Shown: positions 46,299 to 64,000 of the stretch, in pieces
Numbering within the stretch: position 1 is the first letter of the stretch
Layout of the letters: every line of letters begins with the position of its first letter
DNA from: Phaeosaccion multiseriatum
Lineage: Eukaryota > Protista > Ochrophyta, other classes
Length of the DNA stretch: 64,000 nucleotides
Direction: 5' to 3'
NCBI GenBank assembly: GCA_965112735.1
Contig: OZ218950.1
Coordinates: 2,108,001-2,172,000, forward strand
Translations under genes and position numbers: made by a program
The notes under the pieces: model-generated
What the model was told of the DNA's origin: nothing
Database searches by the model: none
What the model saw: the letters and a program-made list of their open reading frames with translations, nothing else

Positions 46299-48305
46299 CC
46301 CTCTCATTCTCCCCCGAGTCCGAGTAGAGCAGAGCAGAGCAGAGCCCGTACAGTACAGTGGCTCCGGCTGCCCTTCTCCATCAGGCTCCACGGGGCGAGA
46401 GTGGTAGGCGACGCAACAGCCGCCAATGCGATGCGAGAAGCGATTGCTGTTACAGCAGCCAAAGCAGCTCGCCTCCCTCACCAACCTCCCCCCCCCAACA
46501 AGGGCCTCTGACATCACCAAAACAAGCCACCCCTCCCTGCCCAAGCGGGCAGAGCCCAGGTCGCGCTGATGCCAAGGAAGAGTGAGTCGGTGACCCTCCC
46601 TCCTCCTTACACAGCCCCCTTCCAACAGCCCCCTTCCCTCCTCCTTCCTTCCCTCGTAAGCCCATATACCTCTGCTCCTCTCCCCAAATGGCAGCCAGCG
46701 GATAGCCTACAACCCCCAAAGAACGAAAGAGACCGAAGAGACACCCCATGCCCATACCCGGCTCCCTCTCCTCTCTCTCGTCTTATGTCAAGCTCTGTCA
46801 AGTACACCTTGCTGGCCCCTCACCCCTCACTCGTCCACAGAGCCTCACTCGAAGCCTAAGCCCCCCCGCAGCCGAGCTTCGAAGAAGCTTATTTGTGCAT
46901 TGTCGGGTGGGTCCTCCCTCTCCTCCCCTCTGCAGTCTGCTGTTCCCTACACTCTCTCTCTCTTCTCCTCTCTCTCTCTGTCTTTCTCTCTTTCTTATCT
47001 CTCCGAGACACGTCCTGCTGCTGCTGCTGCTGCTGATGCCTGCAACCCTGCCGACGCCCCGTCTGCAAGCTGCCGAGGGTACGACAACGGACCTACATGG
47101 CTACGTCCATGCTTCCTCCTTCCTCATTCTCAAGTCTCCGCATGCGGGACAAGCACGCACGCATACACACCACATCCACACACACACAAAGAGAGAAGCC
47201 GTCCTTCACTTCTGTGAGCTCTCCCCCTCCTCCTCCTCCTCCTCCTCCTCCTCCTCCTCCGCCTCCTCCTCCTCCTCCTCCTCCTCCTCCTCCTCCTCCT
47301 CCTCCTCCTCCCCTTTCCTCTGCTTTCTCCCTCTCCTTCCTCTGCTTACCTGTCGTCAGGGTAGAAACCCCTCTGGGACATGTACGCGTACTTGATACGA
47401 AACGCACCCACATCCACCACCCTGCTCTTCTCCGGCGCCTCCGTGCGCTCAACAATTTCCCCCGTCGTGAGCGGCGTCCCCCCTGCCCCCCCTCCATCCC
47501 CCCCGTTATGGTTGTAGCCACCGCCACCTCCTCCAAGCCCGTGGTGTCCTGCAGAGCCCCCTGAGTGACCATCATGGGCGTTTTTGGAGCCCTTGCAGCC
47601 CACTATTTTTTGTGTTGGTACGGACGGGGCGCGAAGGGAAGAGGCAGGGAGAATAAGAGAAGAGTTGCAAGAGGGCGCGGACAGAGAGACAGGGAGAAAA
47701 GAGCGAGCAATAGGGAGGGAGGGGGGTGATAGAGAAGCAGTGGGTGGAAGGGGGGGGGGGTGAGAGGACACAGTCAGTGAAGCCGAGAAGGGAGAGAGTT
47801 GATGGAGATGTTGAGGGCAGCAGCAATAGTGGTAGCAGTAGCAGTAGCAAGAAGCAAAATCAGCAGCATTTATATTCACACGGCATGGGCGCGGGAAGGG
47901 GGGAAGGGGGGAAGGCTCGGGGCAAAGGGCGAAGGAAGGCGGGAATTGGAAGCACTGTTCTAAAGAAGGGAGGAGGGGTGGGCAAGATGCAAGCACGGGA
48001 TAACACCGGCTGTGATCTGATCAGAAGAAACGGGGGTGGTAGGGCAGCGGTAGCGGTAGCAAGACAGGAGCTCTCTTATCCTTCCCATTACCCTCGCCTC
48101 CTCTCCCCTGATGCCAACAATGCTTCTATTTTCACCTTCCCATCGAGCACACACACGACATAGCCCTGCCACAGCCCTCGCTCAGCGTGAGCAGCTAGGA
48201 CGTGGACACAATCGGACTATAGGCAGCCTGCACGCTCCACTGATGGGCAAGTCCTTGCTCCCAGCTCCTTCGCATCCTCCCCTCCCCCTTTCAGGTTCAC
48301 TTACT
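38926..48305 (-). CDS. Protein phosphatase 2C + two cyclic-nucleotide-binding domains + PKG-like pseudokinase
   Basis: PP2C motifs [45 protein letters not shown] and RTDDIT. cNMP motifs [22 protein letters not shown] and [14 protein letters not shown]. Kinase-like YRALSPE, MDFRLSK, TLCGTPEYLAPE and DFWALG. About 13 exons. The start is modelled as A(48305)|TG(47602). Confidence 0.92.
40295..40612. repeat. Intronic minisatellite built from cccactga subunits (about 46-bp higher-order unit)
   Basis: cccactgattcccactgactcccacagacccactgactccaacaga is repeated. Confidence 0.85.
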
Positions 48306-48895
48306 TGGAGAACTTGCTCCTCTTCGCCCCAAGAAGACCTTCGCCTTCTCCACGTTCCTGTCGCTGAGGCTCCCACTGCAGCAGACGCGTTGGCGCTCCC
48401 CCCCCCCCCTACACGCCTCCTTGCTTCAGCACTATCATTTGGAACATCTCAGGGAAAGAGGCAGTTAACGACGAGAAGGGCAACTACCTACGGTTGCTAT
48501 CGTCTGACACTGCTCTTGCAAGAAGCCTCTAAAGGTTGCCACGCTCTCTTCCTTTCTTCCTTTTCACCCTTGGCGTCCTTTCACTCTCTCTGTTCTGCTT
48601 TTGCCTTGTTCAAGCGAACTTCTATTTGCCAAACTGTAATTGGGGCGAGTTCGATTCCGTCCTTTTCGTATTTTTTTCCTTCCCCCCTTCATATCTTTTT
48701 CTTTCATTGTCCCTCCCCCGCGCCCCGTTGCCCTTGTTGACGGACCCTCCCCTCCTGACGAGCCATCGAAGGGCTTACGACAACAAGGAGGAGGATAAAG
48801 GCCTGAGTTTCCTCTCCGACCACTAAGAAAGTCTCCTCCCTCCCCCCTCCTATCGCCCTTGTTGAGCCACCATGTCACCATTCGACCCACATTCT

Positions 48896-48994
48896 CGATA
48901 GCGCGCTATCGGGCCCCGCCGGGGGGCCGGATACCGGATAGCGGATCGGCTGGCACCGGCGATAGCGGATAGCGGATAGTGCGTCAGGGGTCGA
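48896..48994. repeat. GC-rich palindromic element, copy B
   Basis: 16-bp palindrome CGATAGCGCGCTATCG. It has a 20-nt identity and a 27-nt inverted near-identity with copy A at 8148-8240. Confidence 0.75.
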
Positions 48995-49472
48995 CACCAT
49001 CGAACTGTCCACCCTTTGTCCACGCTCTCTGCCCTCTCCCCAACTAAGGGGCAATGGGCAAGCTCGCCTCTCTCTTTCTGTCTGTCTGTCTTTCTCTCTC
49101 TCTCTCTCTTCCGCCTCTTGTCGTATTTGGTCTGCCCCCCCACGGTTGGCGCAGTGGTCTTCTTTTTGCCCTCATTCACACTGGCAATGCTCCACCGCAT
49201 CACACACCAACTCCTCAAATCACAAAATCCACCCCCGTCCGTCTCGATAGAGCCGTCAGTTGGACAGCAGCAAGCTGTACGCATGAACTCGCTCCATCAC
49301 TCAGACAGGAGAAGGCTGTACGTATGCGCTCGCTCAAAATCACTCGCTCGCTCACTTCGCTACTGGCGACGGTCGGGCGAAAAGCTTCCGCCGGTGAGGC
49401 TTCCGTGGGGGGGGATGGATCAGGGCGGCGGAGTAGGAGAGTCGCCCACCGCCGTGGGGAGAAGCGACCCAA

Positions 49473-49860
49473 CAGCTGGTGTAGCAGCTGGTGGTGTAGC
49501 AGCTGGTGGTGTAGCAGCTGGTGGTGTAGCAGCTGGTGGTGTAGCAGCTGGTGGTGTGGTGTGGCAGCTGGTGGTGTGGCAGCTGGTGGTGTAGCAGCTG
49601 GTGGTGTGGCAGCTGGTGGTGTAGCAGCTGGTGGTGTGGTGTAGCAGCTGGTGGTGTGGTGTAGCAGCTGGTGGTGTGGTGTAGCAGCTGGTGGTGTAGC
49701 AGCTGGTGGTGTAGCAGCTTGGTGGTGTAGCAGCTGGTGGTGTAGCAGCTGGTGGTGTAGCAGCTGGTGGTGTGGTGTAGCAGCTGGTGGTGTGGTGTAG
49801 CAGCTGGTGGTGTAGCAGCTGGTGGTGTAGCAGCTGGTGGTGTAGCAGCTGGTGGTGTGG
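49473..49860. repeat. 15-bp minisatellite (CAGCTGGTGGTGTAG)n with 20-bp variants
   Basis: More than 20 units read directly; intergenic. Confidence 0.95.
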
Positions 49861-50079
49861 CCTTGTGTGGGGTCCCTCCGATCATTCGTCGACACATGCA
49901 TACCGTCGGTCCAACTTGGTCCAACCACCCGTCCCTTGTTGACTTATTGGCAGGCTCCAACACGGGAGGGCAGCAGCAGAGGCGTATGGTAGGCTCACTC
50001 GCTGGTTTTCTCACTCATCCAGTCACTCACTCACTCACGCAGTGGCTGAACCCCCTTTTCTTTCTTCTTTCTCACTCGC

Positions 50080-60852
<10,773 letters not shown>

Positions 60853-61357
60853 TCGAAGCTCGTAAGAGGGGAGGATAAAAGAGAGAGGGGATTTTCGCTG
60901 GATATCATCGCCGTGTCCAAGCGGCCGTGCGTGCCCAACATGGAATCCAACGATGTCACAGTTGGCGATTTTGCATATCGGGAAGTCAATTCTCAATTCT
61001 CAATTCACACACCACCCACGCACGGAGTCAAGGGGCGAGGTGGAAGAAAAAAGGGGGTTAGGGGGAAAGCAGCAAGTCTTCGGGGGAGCAGCAGGAGCTG
61101 CCAGGGGCGTAGAAGCGAACAACGTTGAAGGAAGGGCATTCTCCCGATTTAGTCTTTTTCGTCATCTTCATCGGTGGAACGCGGTGTGTGGACAAGAGAT
61201 CAAGAGCGGGCCTCGGAACAAAGGAGGCCGAAGTAGGTGGAGCAGGGAGACGCCAGTCCTCGAAGGAGGCGCAGGAGCTGTGGGGTGTGGAGGCAAGAAA
61301 ACTTGAAGGAAGGAAGGAAGGAAGGAAGAAAGCATTGACCCCCCCCCCTCCGTCACC

Positions 61358-63708
61358 ATGTCGGGATTCAATTTGGCAAAGGAAGATAAGGGGATTACGG
61401 GTTTGGGGCGAGAAGACCCCGTCATGGCCCTGAACTTGATTCAGAGCAGTGAGATTGGCCGGCTGTACAATAGGACCAATGTTGAAGACCCCTTGGTGCT
61501 CCGATCCAAGGCTGCAGACTTTCGAAAAGGGTACGTACGCACAGGGGCTTTAACACGTTAGCACCTCGGAAGGAGCTGGGGAATGGGCGTATGTATGAGT
61601 GAAGGTGGTCTTTCGAAGGCGGGGGGGGGGGGGGGCGCTTGCATCTTCGCTTTCGGGCAAGCACCTTTTCCGCCAACACACGGGATTACCCCCCCCTCCC
61701 CACCCCATCCCCCTCCTCATCCTCCTCCTCCTCCTCCTCCTCCTCCTCCCCCTCCTCCTCCGCCTCCTCCCCCTCCTCCTCCTCCTCCTCCTCCACCTCC
61801 TCCTCCTCCTCCTCCCCCGCCTCCTCCTCCTCCTCCTCCTCCCTCCCCACTCCCCACCCCCCACCCCCGTCTCCCTCATTAAAGGTACAAGAACTGGCGT
61901 CAGAAGAAGTCCAAGGGAGCCAAGGGAGAGTCCACCTACCTCCTCGACAACACCAAGGTCCATGCCGGTGACCAAGAAAAGGCCGAGCAGTACCATCTCC
62001 TCGACACCAAGAAGAGACTCCTGGAGGACGCTGAAAGGATCCAACTAGCCATGGATCAGGAAGAGCCACCCTCCGTCCAAGGCATCAGCAAGGCACAGAC
62101 CATGCCGCTGGTGGTGGTGGAGGACGACGACCTGGATCTGGAGTTGTCGGGCTTGACGGGCGAGAAACCCGGCGAGAGACCGCGCTTAGCTTCGAGCATG
62201 AGCAGGCGTGATAGCTTCGCCGAGACCACACGCAGAGACAGTTTCAAGAGGTCCGCCTCCATTGGAGCCTTCGAGGACGTGGTTGAGGTAGGTGTATTGT
62301 GTGTGTATATATATATATATGTGTGTGTGTGAGAGAGAGAGAGTGTGTGTGTGCCTTTCCTACCTCCGCTCGTAACAGCCGCACGACCCGTTCTGTCCGC
62401 CTGCATGTAGTTTGTAGTGCGTGTGTTGGTGCATCTCTTTCTCTCCTCCCTCCATGCACCCAACCCAGTCCCCTCCACCTGTCCGTATCCAGCAACTCAT
62501 CTCCCGCTTCCTTCTTCTTCTTCTTGTTCTTCTTCTTCTGCCTCCTCCTCCTCCTCCTCCTCCTCCTCCTCCTCCTCCTCGTCGTCGTCGTCGTCGTCGT
62601 CCTCTGCTTCCCTCTCCCACCTTACCCACAACCCCCCACCCACAGCACGTTGAGGGTGAAGACTGGCTGAAGTTCTACCTGAACCCCTTCTCCGGTATGG
62701 GTGAACTCGAACAACCCGTCACACTCAACCAGGAGAGCCTCAAGGAGCTTCGCCGCCAGCGGCAAGTCAAGGTACCGCATTACGACCGCCCCTCCGATCG
62801 GGAGTATGTCGATAACTACATTTGCCACATGGGTGTGGGCGGGTTCCATCGTTCTCATGAGGCGTTTTACACAGACGATGTGCTCAACTCGGGTTCGAGT
62901 CCTTCCTGGGGCATTTGCGGCATTGGCCTCATGCCTTGGTGAGTGAGTGAGAGGGGGAGGTAGGAGGGGATGGCAGTAGACGGTTGTAGGGAAGGGCCTC
63001 GCCTCGAGGGAGGAGGAGGAAGAGGAGTTGTTATTATTGTTTTTGTTGTTGTTGCGTTCCACCGTGCCGGGCTTTTGTCCTGCCCCACTTCTACCACTGC
63101 TGCTGCCACTAATACTACTATTACCACCACCACCGCACTATTTATCCATACTGCTGCTGCTGCTGTATCACCAACTACTGCACTGGCACTGCATTGGCAG
63201 GGACTCGAAGATGTACAACATTCTCAAGAAGCAAGACTACCTCTACACCCTCCTCACTCGCTCCCCCAACCTCCATGAGGCGAGGGTGATTGGAAGTATT
63301 GTTGACTTCATTCACGCACCGGAGGATCACTCCAAGGCCATTGCGAAGCTGGCCAACCCCTCCACTCGGATCGTGTCTTTGACGGTTACGGAAAAGGGGT
63401 ACTGTACGGACAACGAGGGCAAGTTGGACAAGAAGAACAAGCTCGTGCAGCACGACTTGGAAACCGATTTGGCGACGCCACAGAGTGCCATCGGCATGAT
63501 CATCGCGGGTCTCCGACGCCGGAAGGAGGAGGGGACTCCGAGTTTCACCGTCATGTCCTGCGACAACTTGCCGGAGAATGGAGATAAGATCAAGAGCGTG
63601 GTGCTGGAGATGGCGGGGGAGGTGGACCCAGTGCTGCGTGAGTGGGTGGCGGAGAACACCACCTTCCCCAACACCATGGTCGATCGTATCACCCCCGCCA
63701 CCGAGCAG
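61358..63708 (+). CDS. Long-chain mannitol dehydrogenase family (M2DH/M1PDH type) with N-terminal extension; continues beyond the window
   Basis: Exons 61358-61530, 61885-62287, 62646-62938 and 63201-63708. Motifs HMGVGGFHRSHEA, WGICGIGL, QDYLYTL, RIVSLTVTEKGY, VMSCDNL and FPNTMVDRITP. Confidence 0.92.
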
Positions 63709-64000
63709 GTATGGCACCCGTGTGTGCGTGTGGGTGGGTGGGTGGGTGGGTGGGTGGGTGTGGGTGTGTGCGTGTGTGTGTGTGTGCGTGTGTGTGTGAC
63801 AGGGGGGGCGGGGGGTGAGAGTGTGAGAGAGGGTGGGTGTGTGGGGTGTGGGGGTATGGGGGGGGCAGTGCAAGGTGTGGGGGGGGTGTGTTTGGGCGTG
63901 GGTGGATGTGTGGGTGCGCACGTGCGCGCGTGTGTGTACAGTGTAGCGTGTCAGGTCCTTTTGTTTCGGAGGGGAGGGAGGGAAGGGGGAGGAAGGCATG

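Noticed and set aside
49215-50014. AATPP / HHQLL repeat proteins
   Set aside because: These translate the 15-bp minisatellite, and frame-breaking 20- and 16-bp variants argue against coding.

Overview
Gene-dense eukaryotic nuclear DNA, most likely from a photosynthetic stramenopile (ochrophyte). This rests on three ASAFAP-like bipartite plastid presequences and a mannitol dehydrogenase. Introns are spliceosomal and packed with microsatellites, so most entries in the ORF track are repeat artefacts. Splicing exons by hand gives 12 genes: a partial unknown gene, a plastid SAM methyltransferase, an FNIP-repeat protein, an EF-hand/adenylate kinase fusion, NOP56, an intronless ankyrin-BTB protein, a 2OG-Fe(II) oxygenase, a tandem DUF1415-like protein, MSH2, a PP2C/cNMP/pseudokinase, a multi-TM protein fused to a bacterial-type alpha/beta hydrolase, and a partial mannitol dehydrogenase. 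Main findings: (1) the MSH2 Walker A motif appears to need a 2-nt microexon (AG, 35760-35761), which could also act as a zero-length recursive splice site. (2) NOP56 introns hold a box C/D snoRNA that matches the 5.8S rRNA Gm75 site, plus two further structured RNA candidates. (3) There is an intron-split start codon, two GC-AG introns, G-rich-5'/C-rich-3' intron polarity, and a dispersed palindromic intergenic element. All gene models are manual and have not been checked against transcripts or databases.
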